DNA from: Eledone cirrhosa
Lineage: Eukaryota
Length of the DNA: 64,000 nucleotides
Assembly (NCBI GenBank): GCA_964016885.1
Contig: OZ024766.1
Coordinates: 9,734,001 to 9,798,000, forward strand
Reading direction: 5' to 3'
Shown: positions 1 through 14,431 of the stretch, in pieces
Layout: each line of letters starts with the position of its first letter
Position numbering within the stretch: position 1 is the stretch's first letter
Translations under genes and position numbers: made by a program
Notes under the pieces: model-generated
What the model saw: the letters and a program-made list of their open reading frames with translations, nothing else
The model's database searches: none
Told to the model about the DNA's origin: nothing

Positions 1-154
1 AACAGTACGTCCTCATCAGATAAAATAAGATGATGCATGACATACCCTGACTTAGTAGATGGTTAAGATTCAGTCATGGTAGTGAATCTTAACCATCTAC
101 TAAGTCAGGGTATGTCATGCATCATCTTATTTTATCTGATGAGGACGTACTGTT
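1..154. repeat. Perfect fold-back inverted repeat (arms ~72 bp), truncated by the window edge; Penelope-like terminus
   Basis: 1-72 is the reverse complement of ~83-154. Confidence 0.9.
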
Positions 155-194
155 GAAGATAGCTCAGTACCTCTGAAATATGTATAATAAAATA
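128..194 (+). ncRNA. Minimal type-I hammerhead ribozyme motif
   Basis: tattttat-CTGATGA-ggacgtactg..cagtacctct-GAAA-tatgta-TA-ataaaata; 8-bp stem I. Confidence 0.75.
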
Positions 195-374
195 TAATTG
201 ATCACACGAATGTCTATTTTTGTTAATATTTTGAATTAATATGAATAACTCCGGAAAACCAATACTGTTGAGTGCTTCCAATCTATTGTAAAACTCATTC
301 TTTGATTTATTCATTGAACCTTGTTTAACCTTTTAATATATATATATATATCATCATCATCATCATCATCATCA

Positions 375-660
375 CCGTTTTACGTCCGTTCTTCCACGCT
401 AGCATGGGTTAGACGGGTTGTCCTGTTGTGGCAGTGTCTGGTCGGCTGACCATGCCTTGCTCATACAGGAACTGATTTGGCTTGATTTCTACAGCTGGAT
501 GCCCTTCCTAACACCAACCTCATTTACAGTGAGTGCTGGGTGCTTTTCCGTGGCGCCTACACGTCCACTTTACAGTGTGGGCTGGGTGCTTTTTTGCCGT
601 GGCACCTCCACGACCACCTTGCGGTGGGAGGGTGTGGGGGAATATTGTCTATATGCTTCA
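375..660 (-). mobile_element. SINE-like element 3' portion with (GAT)n tail; near-identical copy at ~12985-13280
   Basis: Shares the ctggatgcccttcctaacaccaacc core with the other SINE copies in the window. Confidence 0.7.
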
Positions 661-985
661 GCTTGTACCCATGGGAGGTCGGGTACTCTGTATTACTGCG
701 TGACGCCAGAGGTCACGGTCGTGTGTCATCGCCTTTGAGAGGTGTAATTGGGTAAGGTCGGCTTTTATCACCTCATCCCAGGTCATCTTTGGTCTCCCCA
801 CTCCGCGGTTTCCATCGACTTCTAGTGCTCTGCACCTTTTTATGCAGCTGTCATCCTTCATACGCATCACATGTCCATACCAGCGCAACCGCCTCTCCTG
901 CACACAGCATTTGATTCCTCTTATGCTCAGTCTCTCTTCCAATTCATTTATGCTTTGTCGTTCGCATATATTACTATTACACATC
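660..985 (-). mobile_element. RTE-type LINE 3' fragment
   Basis: ORF motifs RRLRWYGHVMRM and RGVGRPKMTW. Confidence 0.85.
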
Positions 986-999
986 CATATATATCTATC

Positions 1000-1300
1000 T
1001 AAGGCGGGTAAAATTCCCGAGATCCATGGACGAGTTCTCTCCAGCGGTCTCTGTCCCTCATTATCGCTGCCATATCCTGCATCTCCAACAGAACAGTGTC
1101 TGTCCTTAGGGCATCAACATATGTTAACCTTGGTCTTCCTCTTCTAGTGTGTCCATGTAGGGGCTCCCAAAGGAGCACTGAGTGCAATGTCAACTCTGGA
1201 TGTCGGTGAGCATGTCCAGCCAACCTCAGTCTTCTCTGTGTCACTTTTGAGCTGACTTTTGGGATGCTCCCATACAGCTCTGAGTTTTTCATCCTCAGTG
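1000..1300 (-). mobile_element. RTE-type LINE 3' fragment, second family
   Basis: QRRLRLAGHAHRH...LWEPLHGHTRRGRPRLTYVD. Confidence 0.8.
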
Positions 1301-1793
1301 TATACTGATTAATGTTCATATATATATGTATATATATGTAGTAATAATAATAAATGTGAAGACTAAAATCCAAAGAGGGCTCGATAAGGATAAATATATA
1401 TCAAATATATAAGAACCCTCGAGCAAATATTTATTAAAATAACAGATTAAAGTTTAAGCAAAGAATCGCTGCTTTCACCCTTAACGGGATCTTCTGAATG
1501 TGTATATACACATACATACGGAGAGAGAGAGAGAGAGAGATATGTATATATGGAAAGATTGATGAATAGGCAGATGTATGGAGTTACATATGCATAAGTT
1601 GACCGACTAATAAACATAGATTTGTGTGTGTATGGAGAGATAGATATACATAAACATCGATAGCAATATATATATATGATGATGATGATGATAAAAATGG
1701 CTGATAGAATATGCACGTGTTTTGGGGGATATCCCTTCTCTGCTTTTTCCCCTTCTCTCTATTCTTTATATTTCATCTTTTATTTCTCATTCT

Positions 1794-1830
1794 ATCTTTT
1801 GATGAAGGACTTGTGTCCGAAACGTTGAGA
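1794..1830 (+). ncRNA. Degenerate minimal hammerhead (TTGATGA-aggac ttgt gtcc-GAAA-cgtt)
   Basis: Same family as the minus-strand copies at 35550, 56519, 57596 and 59627; first core base is C to T here. Confidence 0.55.
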
Positions 1831-1934
1831 TTCTTTTTCCTTTCTAGTATTAGTGCCATCATAAAATACACTGTAAAGTGATGGGTGAGAGGAGGGAGGG
1901 CCCTTCAATGTGCCAAACGCATGGCGATCTCTCT

Positions 1935-2362
1935 AGTGCTGGTGTCATGATAAAATACACCCAGTACACTCTGTAAAGTGGTAGTGTTGGTATCATGATA
2001 TAATACACCCAGTACACTCTGTAATGTGGTAGTGTTGGTGTCATGATAAAATACACCCAGTACACTCTGTAAAGTGGTAGTGTTGGTGTCATGATATAAT
2101 ACACCTAGTTCACTCTGTAAAGTGGTAGTGTTGGTGTCATGATAAAATACACCCAGTACACTCTGTAAAGTGGTAGTGTTGGTATCATGATATAATACAC
2201 CCAGTACACTCTGTAAAGTGGTAGTAGTGTTGGTGTCATGATAAAATACACCCTGTACACTCTGTAAAGTGGTAGTGTTGGTGTCATGATAAATCACACC
2301 CAGTACACTCTGTAATGTGGTAGTGTTGGTGTCATGATAAAATACACCCAGTACACTCTGCA
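1935..2362. repeat. 48-bp minisatellite (~9 copies), related to the SINE internal repeat
   Basis: Unit ggtgtcatgataaaatacacccagtacactctgtaaagtggtagtgtt. Confidence 0.9.
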
Positions 2363-2621
2363 AAGGGTATCCAACTGTAGAAAGGTTACCAAAATAGAGT
2401 TGGGAGAAGCCTTCAGTTGTGTCAAAGAAATGACAACCTCTCTTGTGCACTCGGTAGAATGTGAGATTGTACATAGGTGAAATGACAGACCACCTTGGCC
2501 TGTCTGCGAGGTCAGTAGCCCTGCTTCAGTACTGACTGGGTCTATGTAGACCTGTCCAACCTTTGCTAGTAGGGAAAATGGATATTGAGAAGAACAATGA
2601 TGAAGATATATATATATATAT

Positions 2622-4445
2622 ATCATCATCATCATCATTTTACGTCCGCTCTTCCCTGCTTGCAAGGGTGGGACGGGTCTTATTCAGCACAGCATCTCTC
2701 CACTTGTCACGGTCCTTCGTCATCTCCACCGTGAGCTTCAGCGATCTAAGGTCTGTTCTCACCACCTCCGCCCATGTTTTTCGTGGTCTACCTCTACCAC
2801 GTCTTCCTTCAACTGGCATTTCCTGGTACTTCTTCACCCATCGGTCATCCTCCATGCGCATCACATGTCCATACCACTTCAGTCTCCTCTCTCGCACACT
2901 ACATTCTATCCCTCTCAGACACAGTTTCTCTCTCAACACATCACATGTCCATACCACCTCAGTCTCCTCTCCCGTACACTACATTCTATCCCTCTCAGAC
3001 ACAGTTTCTCTCTCAACACATCACATGGTCATACCACCTCAGTCTCCTCTCCCGTACACTACATTCTATCCCTCTCAGACACAGTTTCTCTCTCAACACA
3101 TCACATGTCCATACCACCTCAGTCTCCTCTCCCGTACACTACATTCTATCCCTCTGACACAGTTTCTCTCTCAACACATCACATGTCCATACCACCTCAG
3201 TCTCCTCTCCCGTACACTACATTCTATCACTCTCAGACACAGTTTCTCTCTCAACACATCACATGTCCATACCACCTCAGTTTCCTCTCTCGCATACTAC
3301 ATTCTATCCCTCTCAGACACAGTTTCTCTCTCAACACATCACATGTCCATACCACCTCAGTCTACTCTCCCGTACACTACATTCTATCCCTCTCAGACAC
3401 AGTTTCGCTCTCAACACATCACATGTCCATACCACCTCAGTCTCCTCTCTCGCACACTACATTCTATCCCTCTCAGACACAGTTTCTCTCTCAACACATC
3501 ACATGTCCATACCACCTCAGTCTCCTCTCCCGTACACTACATTCTATCCCTCTCAGACACAGTTTCTCTCTCAACACATCACATGTCCATACCACCTCAG
3601 TCTCCTCTCTCGCACACTACATTCTATCCCTCTCAGACACAGTTTCTCTCTCAACACATCACATGTCCATACCACCTCAGTCTCCTCTCCCGTACACTAC
3701 ATTCTATCCCTCTCAGACACAGTTTCTCTCTCAACACATCACATCTCCATACCACCTCAGTCTCCTCTCCCGTACACTACATTCTATCCCTCTCAGACAC
3801 AGTTTCTCTCTCAACACATCACATGTCCATACCACCTCAGTCTCCTCTCCCGTACACTACATTCTATCCCTCTCAGACACAGTTTCTCTCTCAACATATT
3901 CATGCTGGGTTGTTCACTCACATTGACATTGCACATCCAACAGAGCATGCTTGCCTCATTTCTCTCCAGCCGTCGCATATCCTCTGCAGTTGCTGCCCAT
4001 GTCTCACTACCATGCAGCATCGCGCTCCTCACAGGCATCATATAACCGGCCTTTCGTACGCAGGGAGAAACCCTTCTTCGTCAGCGGAGGAAGCAGCTCC
4101 CTAAACTTCTTCCAATCCGTCCTTATTCTAGATACTATGGCCTCTGATTTCCTAGGTACCGGAAGCTATCCACCACTTCTATAGCACCCGCCTGCATTTT
4201 AAAAATGTGTCTATCAATGTGACTTCTACTGTCTAATTTCGCTGTACATCTACTGCATACATATTTCTCCCTACCTGTTAGTTTGCCTGCTATCCCGCTA
4301 CATCTCTTGTGTACCCATAAATCTGCATTGTGTGCATTTTATAGAATTTATGCCAGTTCGTTTTCTGCATATCGAACATGGCCATTTCCCTGACGGAATC
4401 AAAGTTTTGTCCTCTTTTCTACTCATCAACACTTTTGTCTTAGCT
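2622..4445 (-). mobile_element. Internally deleted RTE-type LINE with (GAT)n tail and internal 80-bp tandem array
   Basis: WYGHVMRMEDDRW, RGRGRPRKTW, SAMLHGSETW, and a CxxC/WVHKRC-type zinc-finger region at ~4250-4390. Confidence 0.9.
2860..3897. repeat. 80-bp tandem array (~13 copies) of LINE coding sequence
   Basis: tcacatgtcc recurs at 2861, 2941, 3101... Confidence 0.95.
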
Positions 4446-4899
4446 ATGTATGTATATATATATACATATTAAATTTGCTAAGGTAAGATTCTTTTGTTAT
4501 CTTAGCAATTTTAATTATCGTTTTAGTGCATTGTTTGGTTTTCAAAATTATTTAAATTTGTTTTTTATATATATGTATATATAAGGTAAACAAAAATAAC
4601 AATACAAACGACACAGTACATGGGTTAGACAAGTTATCCCTTAAGAAGCAAGTCAGGTCAGGTGACCATGTCTTCCTCATAAAAAACTGATTCTGGCTTG
4701 GTTTCTAAGGCTGGAGGCCTTTCCTCACGCCAACCTGATTTACAGTGAGTACTAGGTGCTTTTTGTTGTGACACCTACATGACCACTTTACAGTGTGGAC
4801 TGGGTGTCTTTTTGTTGTGATACCAACACAACAATATATATATATATACCCTCTATATTTACCACCATGTCTCACTGCCATGTGAGACTACACTTCTCA

Positions 4900-7800
4900 A
4901 ACAGATATCCTACAATCTACCCTCCAATTACCCTCTACATTTACCACCGATGTCACACACAGTTATCCTACAATCTACCCTCCATATACCCTCTACATTT
5001 ACCACCAATGTCACACACAGATATCCTACAATCTACCCTCCATATACCCTCGACATTTACCACCAATGTCACACACAGATATCCTACAATCTACCCTCCA
5101 TATACCCTCTACATTTACCACCAATGTCTCCCACAGATATCCTACAATCTGCCCTCCATATACCCTCTACATTTACCACCAATGTCTCCCACAGATATCC
5201 TACAATCTACCCTCCATATACCCTCTACATTTACCACCAATGTCACACACAGATATCCTACAATCTACCCTCTACATTTACCACCAATGTCACACACAGA
5301 TATCCTACAATCTACCCTCCATATACCCTCTACATTTACCGCCAATGTCACACACACAGATATCCTACAATCTACCCTCCATATACCACCAATGTCACAC
5401 ACAGTTATCCTACAATCTACCCTCCATATACCCTCTACATTTACCACCAATGTCTCACAGATATCCTACAATCTACCCTCCATATACCCTCTACATTTGC
5501 CACCGATGTCACACACAGATATCCTACAATCTACCCTCCATATACCCTCTACATTTACCACCGATGTCACACACAAATATCCTACAATCTACCCTCCATA
5601 TACCCTCTACATTTACCACCGATGTCACACACAAATATCCTACAATCTACCCTCCATATACCCTCTACATTTACCACCAATGTCACACAGAGTTATCCTA
5701 CAATCTACCCTCCATATACCCTCTACATTTACCACCGATGTCACACACAGATACCCTACAATCTACCCTCTACATTTACCACCGATGTCACACACAGTTA
5801 TCCTACAATCTACCCTCCATATACCCTCTACATTTACCACCGATGTCACACACAGTTATCCTACAATCTACCCTCCATATACCCTCTACATTTACCACCA
5901 ATGTCTCACACAGATATCCTACAATCTACCCTCCATATACCCTCTACATTTACCACCAATGTCTCACACAGATATCCTACAATCTACCCTCCATATACCC
6001 TCTACATTTACCACCAATGTCACACACAGTTATCCTACAATCTACCCTCCATATACCCTCTACATTTACCACCAATGTCACACACAGTTATCCTACAATC
6101 TACCCTCCATATACCCTCTACATTTACCACCAGTGTCACACACAGATATCCTACAATCTACCCTCCATATACCCTCTACATTTACCACCGGTCTCACACA
6201 GATATCCTACAATCTACCCTCCATATACCCTCTACATTTATCACCGATGTCACACAGTTATCCTACAATCTACCCTCCATATACCCTCTATATTTACCAC
6301 TGATGTCACACACAAATATCCTACAATCTACCCTCCATATACCCTCTATATTTACCACCGATGTCTCACACAGATATCCTACAATCTACCCTCCATATAC
6401 CCTCTACATTTACCACCAATGTCACACACAGTTATCCTACAATCTACCCTCCATATACCCTCTACATTTACCACCGATGTCACACAGTTATCCTACAATC
6501 TACCCTCCATATACCCTCTACATTTACCACCAATGTCACACACAGATATCCTACAATCTACCCTCCATATACCCTCTACATTTACCACCTATGTCACACA
6601 CAGATATCCTACAATCTACCCTCCATATACCCTCTACATTTACCACCAATGTCACACACAGTTATCCTGCAATCTACCCTCCATATACACTCTACATTTA
6701 CCACCAATGTCACACACAGATATCCTACAATCTACCCTCCATATACCCTCTACATTTACCACCAGTGTCACACACAGATATCCTACAATCTACCCTCCAT
6801 ATACCCTCTACATTTACCACCAATGTCACACACAGATATCCTACAATCTACCCTCCATATACCCTCTACATTTACCACCGATGTCTCCCACAGATATCCT
6901 ACAATCTACCCTCCATATACCCTCTACATTTACCACCAATGTCACACACAGATATCCTACAATCTACCCTCCATATACCCTCTACATTTACCACCGATGT
7001 CTCCCACAGATATCCTACAATCTACCCTCTACATTTACCACCAATGTCACACAGATATCCTACCCTCTACCCTCCATATACCCTCTACATTTACCACTAA
7101 TGTCTCCCACAGATATCCTACAATCTACCCTCCATATACCCTCTACATTTACCACCAATGTCACACACAGTTATCCTACAATCTACCCTCCATATACCCT
7201 CTACATTTACCACCGATGTCACACACAGTTATCCTACAATCTACCCTCCATATACCCTCTACATTTACCACCAGTGTCACACATAGATATCCTACCCTCT
7301 ACCCTCCATATACCCTCTACATTTACCACCAATGTCTCCCACAGATATCCTACAATCTACCCTCCATATACCCTCTACATTTACCACCAATGTCACACAG
7401 ATATCCTACAATCTACCCTCCATATACCCTCTACATTTACCACCAATGTCACACAGATATCCTACAATCTACCCTCCATATACCCTCTACATTTACCACC
7501 AATGTCACACACAGTTATCCTACAATCTACCCTCCATATACCCTCTACATTTACCACCAGTGTCACACACAGATATCCTACAATCTACCCTCCATATACC
7601 CTCTACATTTACCACCGATGTCACACAGTTATCCTACAAACTACCCTCCATATACCCTCTACATTTACCACCAATGTCTCCCACAGATATCCTACAATCT
7701 ACCCTCCATATACCCTCTACATTTACCACCAATGTCACACACAGTTATCCTACGATCTACCCTCCATATACCCTCTACATTTACCACCAATGTCACACAC

Positions 7801-9588
7801 CGATATCCTACAATCTACCCTCCATATACCCTCTACATTTACCACCGATGTCACACACAGTTATCCTACAATCTACCCTCCATATACCCTCTACATTTAC
7901 CACCGATGTCTCACACAGTTATCCTACAATCTACCCTCCATATACCCTCTACATTTACCACCAATGTCACACACAGTTATCCTACAATCTACCCTCCATA
8001 TACCCTCTACATTTACCACCGATGTCTCACACAGATATCCTACAATCTACCCTCCATATACCCTCTACATTTACCACTGATGTCACACACAGATATCCTA
8101 CAATCTACCCTCCATATACCCTCTACATTTACCACCAATGTCTCCCACAGATATCCTACAATCTACCCTCCATATACCCTCTACATTTACCACCAATGTC
8201 ACACACAGATATCCTACAATCTACCCTCCATATACCCTCTACATTTACCACCAATGTCACACACAGATATCCTACAATCTACCCTCCATATACCCTCTAC
8301 ATTTACCACCAATGTCACACACAGATATCCTACAATCTACCCTCCATATACCCTCATAATTACCACCGATGTCACACACAGATATCCTACAATCTACCCT
8401 CCATATACCCTCTACATTTACCACCGATGTCACACACAGTTATCCTACAATCTACCCTCCATATACCCTCTACATTTACCACCAATGTCACACACAGTTA
8501 TCCTACAATCTACCCTCCATATACCCTCTACATTTACCACCAATGTCTCACACAGTTATCCTACAATCTACCCTCCATATACCCTCTACATTTACCACCA
8601 ATGTCACAAACACAGATATCCTACAATCTACCCTCCATATACCCTCTACATTTACCACCAATGTCACACAGATATCCTACAATCTACCCTCCATATACCC
8701 TCTACATTTACCACCAATGTCTCACACAGTTATCCTATAATCTACCCTCCATATACCCTCTACATTTACCACCAATGTCACACAGATATCCTACAATCTA
8801 CCCTCCATATACCCTCTACATTTACCACCGATGTCACACACAGATATCCTACAATCTACCCTCCATATACCCTCTACATTTACCACCGATGTCACACACA
8901 GTTATCCTACAATCTACCCTCCATATACCCTCTACATTTACCACCGATGTCACACACAGTTATCCTACAATCTACCCTCCATATACCCTCTACATTTACC
9001 ACCGATGTCACACACAGTTATCCTACAATCTACCCTCCATATACCCTCTACATTTACCACCGATGTCACACACAGATACCCTACAATCTACCCTCTACAT
9101 TTACCACCGATGTCACACACAGTTATCCTACAATCTACCCTCCATATACCCTCAACATTTACCATCGATGTCACACACAGATACCCTACAATCTACCCTC
9201 TACATTTACCACCGATGTCACACACAGTTATCCTACAATCTACCCTCCATATACCCTCTACATTTACCACCAATGTCACACACAGTTATCCTACAATCTA
9301 CCCTCCATATACCCTCTACATTTACCACCAATGTCACACACAGATATCCTACAATCTACCGTCCATATTCCCTCTACATTTACCACCAATGTCACACAGA
9401 TATCCTACAATCTACCCTCCATATACCCTCTATATTTACCACCGATGTCACACACAGATATCCTACAATCTACCCACCATATACCCTCTACATTTACCAC
9501 CAATGTCACACAGATATCCTACAATCTACCCTCCATATACCCTCTACATTTACCACCGATGTCACACACAGATATCCTTCAATCTACA
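4900..9588. repeat. 58-bp minisatellite (~80 copies)
   Basis: Unit cacagatatcctacaatctaccctccatataccctctacatttaccaccaatgtcaca; source of the 500-1100 aa artefact ORFs. Confidence 0.97.
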
Positions 9589-9769
9589 GCTGGATGCCCT
9601 TCCCAACACATCTCACTTTACAGCATGAACTGGGAACAGTTTATTGTGACACCAAAACTATCACGTTACAGGGTGGACTGGGTGTATTTTGTTGTGACAC
9701 CAACACTTCCACCTTATAGGGTGAACAGTACTTTTAGTCATGAGACCAGCACTACCACCTTACTGGATT

Positions 9770-10988
9770 GATCATCATCATCATCATTTTACGTCCACTT
9801 TTCCCTGCTTGCAAGGGTGAGACGGGTCTTATTCAGCACAGCATCTCTCCACTCGTCACGGTCCTTCGTCATCTCCACCGTGAGCTTCAGCAATCTGAGG
9901 TCTGTTCTCACCACCTCCGCCCATGTTTTTCGTGGTCTACCTCTACCACGTCTTCCTTCAACTGGCATTTCCTGGCACTTCTTCACCCATCGGTCATCCT
10001 CCATGCGCATCACATGTCCATACCACCTCAGTCTCCTCTCTCGCACACTACATTCTATCCCTCTCAGACACAGTTTCTCTCTCAACACATCACATGTCCA
10101 TACCACCTCAGTCTCCTCTCCCGTACACTACATTCTATCCCTCTCAGACACAGTTTCTCTCTCAACACATCACATGTCCATACCACCTCAGTCTCCTCTC
10201 TCGCACACTACATTCTATCCCTCTCAGACACAGTTTCTCTCTCAACACATCACATGTCCATACCACCTCAGTCTCCTCTCTCGTACACTACATTCTATCC
10301 CTCTCAGACACAGTTTCTCTCTTAACACATCACATGTCCATACCACCTCAGTCTCCTCTCTCGCACACTACATTCTATCCCTCTCAGACACAGTTTCTCT
10401 CTCAACACATTACATGTCCATACCACCTCAGTCTCCTCTCCCGTACACTACATTCTATCCCTCTCAGACACAGTTTCTCTCTCAACACATCACATGTCCA
10501 TACCACCTCAGTCTCCTCTCCCGCACACTACATTCTATCCCTCTCAGACACAGTTTCTCTCTCAACACATTTATGCTGGGTTGTTCACGCACATTGACAC
10601 TGCACATCCAACGGGGCATGCTTGCCTCATTTCTCTCCAGCCGTCGCATATCCTCTGCAGTTGCTGCCCATGTCTCACTACCATGCAGCATCGCGCACCT
10701 CACACAGGCATCATACAACCGGCCTTTCATACGCAGGGAGAAACCCTTCTTTGTCAGAAGAGGAAGCAGCTCCCTAAACTTCTTCTAACCTGTCCTTATT
10801 CTAGATACTATGGCCTCGGAACGCCCCCCCCCCCCCCCTCCCAGGCTAATCTGATCTAGGTACCGGAAGCTATCCACCACTTCTATAGCACCCGCCTGCA
10901 TTTTAAAAATGTGTCTATCAATGCGACTTCTACTGTCTAATTTCCCTGTACATCTACTGCATACATATTTCTCCCCACCTGTTAGTTG
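9770..10988 (-). mobile_element. Second copy of the RTE-type LINE at 2622, with the same 80-bp array (~7 copies, 10008-10570)
   Basis: Near-identical to 2622-4290; MKGRLYDACVRCAMLHGSETW. Confidence 0.9.
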
Positions 10989-11253
10989 ACTGGGTGTATA
11001 TTGTTGTGATACCAACACTACCAATTTACAGGGTGCACAGTTATTTTATCATGACACCAGCACTACCACTTCGCAGTGTGTACTGAGTGTATTTTATCAT
11101 GACACCAACACTACCACTTTACAGAGTGTACTGAGTGTATTTTATCGTGGCACCAATGCTTTACAGGGTGGACTTGGTGTATTTTGTCAGAACACCTACA
11201 CTACCATCTTATAGGGTTTATTTTGTTGTGGCACCACTAACACTGATACTTCA

Positions 11254-12030
11254 CTGAATTGAGAGAACACAGCTCTCATACTATGGACATGTGGTTAGAA
11301 TATCTCAGGAAAGAATCTCTGAATTGAGAGATCACAGCTCTGATACTATAGACATGTGGTTAGAATGTCTCAGGAAAGAATCTCTGAATTGAGAGATCAC
11401 AGCTCTGATACTATAGACATGTGGTTAGAATGTCTCAGGAAAGAATCTCTGAATTGAGAGATCACAGCTCTGATACTATGGACATGTGGTTAGAATGTCT
11501 CAGGAAAGAATCTCTGAATTGAGAGATCACAGCTTATACTATGGACATGTGGTTAGAATGTCTCAGGAAAGAATCTCTGAATTGAGAGATCACAGCTTAT
11601 ACTATGGACATGTGGTTAGAATGTCTCAGGAAAGAATCTCTGAATTGAGAGACCACAGCTCTCATACTATGGACATGTGGTTAGAATGTCTCAGGAAAGA
11701 ATCTCTGAATTGAGAGACCACAGCTCTCATACTATGGACATGTGGTTAGAATGTCTCAGGAAAGAATCTCTGAATTGAGATACCACAGCTCCGATACTGT
11801 CGACTTGGTTAGAAGTCTCAGGAAAGAATCACTGGACAGGTTTTATGGACAAAACCGACTGCCAGGAGGCCCAGGGGTAGACCTTGAGCAAAATGGTTGG
11901 ATAAAATCTATGACGTTGGCTCGTCTCACTTGGGGATCCAGCCAGATCTATTGGAGATGGTTGCTTCTGACTGGAAGAAGTGTTTGAGGGCACAACCCAC
12001 ATCACCCTCTCAGGAATAAGTGGGCAAATT
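11254..12030 (+). mobile_element. 65-bp tandem array (~9 copies) of a LINE YYGHVVRM segment, followed by the LINE 3' end
   Basis: Unit ctgaattgagagatcacagctctgatactatggacatgtggttagaatgtctcaggaaagaatct; RRPRGRP-like downstream. Confidence 0.85.
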
Positions 12031-12059
12031 AGAAGACTGTGCTTTTTGTCGTTGCACCC

Positions 12060-12680
12060 AAATGACCACTTTACAGTGTAGACTGGGTATATTTTATCAT
12101 GACACCAACACTACCACTTTACAGTGTGGACTGGGTATATTTTATCATGACACCAACACTACCACTTTACAGTGTGGACTGGGTGCTTTTTGTCATGACA
12201 CCGACACGACCACTATACAGTGTGGACTGGGTGCTTTTTGTCATGACACCTACATGACCACTTTACAGTGTGGACTGGGTGTCTTTTTGTCATGACACCA
12301 ACATGACCACTTTACAGTGTGGACTGGGTGTCTTTTTGTTGTGACACCTACATGACCACTTTACAGTGTTAACTGGGTGGTTATTGTCATGACACCTGCA
12401 TGACCACTTTACAGTGTGGACTGGGTGCTTTTTATTTTGACACCTACATGACCACTTTACAGTGTGGACTGGGTGGTTTTTGTCATGACACCAACATGAC
12501 CACTTTACACTTTACAGGGTGGACTGGGAGCTCTTTGTCCTGTCACCAACGCAACCACTTTATAGTGTGGATGGTGCTTTTTGTCATGACACCAACATTT
12601 ACTCTTTACAGGGTGGACTGGGTGCTTTTTATCTTGTTACCTATTCGACCACTTTACAGGGTGGACTGGGTGCTTTTTAT
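12060..12680. repeat. 48-bp minisatellite, opposite orientation to the 1935 array
   Basis: accactttacagtgtggactgggtg repeats. Confidence 0.9.
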
Positions 12681-13382
12681 TGTACGACCACTTGCTAAAG
12701 GCATTTTAAATTTGATGTAATGTTTCATTCATATGAAATCATTAGAATATATGCTATATATACACATATATATAACAAAGGAAGTGTGGTCAGGAACCAG
12801 GTGGACCATAAAGCACCAGAGTACTCAATACTTTGGGTTGTAGAGTGGGTAATAGGAAAAGTGTCAGGACTTTGATGGCTATTTCTGAAATAGCCGTCCA
12901 AACGGGTTGAGTTCTTCCATCGGGGTCCTGACTTTTTTCCTACATATATATATATGTGTGTGTGTCATCATCATCATCATCATCACCGTTTTACGTCCGT
13001 TCTTCCACGCTAGCATGGGTTAGACGGGTTGTCCTGTTGTGGGCAGTGTCTGGTCGGCTGACCATGCCTTGCTCATACAGGAACTGATTTGGCTTGATTT
13101 CTCCAGCTGGATGCCCTTCCTAACACCAACCTCATTTACAGTGTGTGCTGGGTGCTTTTTCGTGGCGCCTACACGTCCACTTTACAGTGTATGCTGGGTG
13201 CTTTTTTGCCGTGGCACCTCCACGACCACCTTGCGGTGGGGGTGTGTGGGGGCATATTGTCTATATGCTTCAGCTTGTGCAAGAGTTGTATTTAATTTGT
13301 TGAAATTCCGACAAACATAAATGTTTATAACTGATATAGAGCACTCAACAAGTTACTGGCGTAAATATACCAAGATAATAAT

Positions 13383-13560
13383 TGTTTCTACTTTTGGCAC
13401 AAGGCCAGCAATTAACCAGTGCATTACTGGTACTTCATTTTATCGACCCCGTAAGGATGAAAGGCAAAGTTAACCTCGGCGGGATTTGAACTCAGAATGG
13501 CAAGGGCTGTAACTCTATGCGTCAAAGCATGGCGTCCAACCCTCTACCGATACTGCCAAT
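13383..13560 (-). mobile_element. tRNA-derived SINE, family 1
   Basis: Minus strand: A-box tggcagtatcgg, B-box gagttcaaatccc, central gcctttcatccttacggggtcgataaa (Meta-domain-like). Confidence 0.85.
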
Positions 13561-13613
13561 TCGTGGAAACTATATTTCATATGGGTATGTCATTATTCAT
13601 AAAACAAATTTTG

Positions 13614-13678
13614 TATTTTATCTGATGAAAGCGCACCAAGATTTGCTTGGTCGCCCTTGAAATATATATAATAAAATA
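13614..13678 (+). ncRNA. Minimal type-I hammerhead ribozyme motif
   Basis: tattttat-CTGATGA-aagcgcaccaag..cttggtcgccctt-GAAA-tatata-TA-ataaaata. Confidence 0.7.
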
Positions 13679-14169
13679 AATATGGTTTTATAAATATAGT
13701 TTCCATTTATTAATATCTTGGTACTATATATATATATATATATTAAAATTACAGATTAAAGTGTAAGCAAAGAATCGCTGCTTTCACCCTTAACGGGATC
13801 TTCTGAAATTTATATATTAAACATTGTTTACACTCGATTAATGTATTGAGTACTTTACTAACTGTGGGTACCCCCGATTGAACCCGGGATACACATACAC
13901 ACACACACATACATACATATATAGAGATAAATAGGTTTATATGGAGGAAAAAAAAAGGCTTCTACAAGACTAGAGCTGTTTCATTCGTATGAAATCATGA
14001 GGATATATGCTATATATAAATATATCGGTTTGCAGTTTAGTGTTCATACACAGTTAGACAACACTAACATAACATAACACAACACACTCATGCATACACA
14101 CGTGCTTTTGCTGGGTTTGTTACCTCCTACCGCCTCTGTAGCTGTGTTCAGTGCTTGCTTGGCTGTTGG

Positions 14170-14393
14170 AAAGGAGAGAGAGAGACAGATGTGTGTGTGT
14201 GTATATATATATATAGAGAGAGAGATGTGTGTGTTTGTGTATATATAGAGAGAGAGATGTGTGTGTGTATATATATATATAGAGAGAGAAAGAGAGAGAG
14301 AGACAGATGTGCGTGTGTGTGTATATATATATAGAGAGAGAGAGAGAGATGTGTGTGTGTGTATATATATAGAGAGACAGATGTGCGTGTGTG

Positions 14394-14431
<38 letters not shown>

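Noticed and set aside
132-314. 60-aa ORF as a Penelope GIY-YIG remnant
   Set aside because: No recognisable motif
4795-9771. Overlapping ORFs of 500-1136 aa
   Set aside because: Translations of a 58-bp tandem repeat in all three frames; no domain signal
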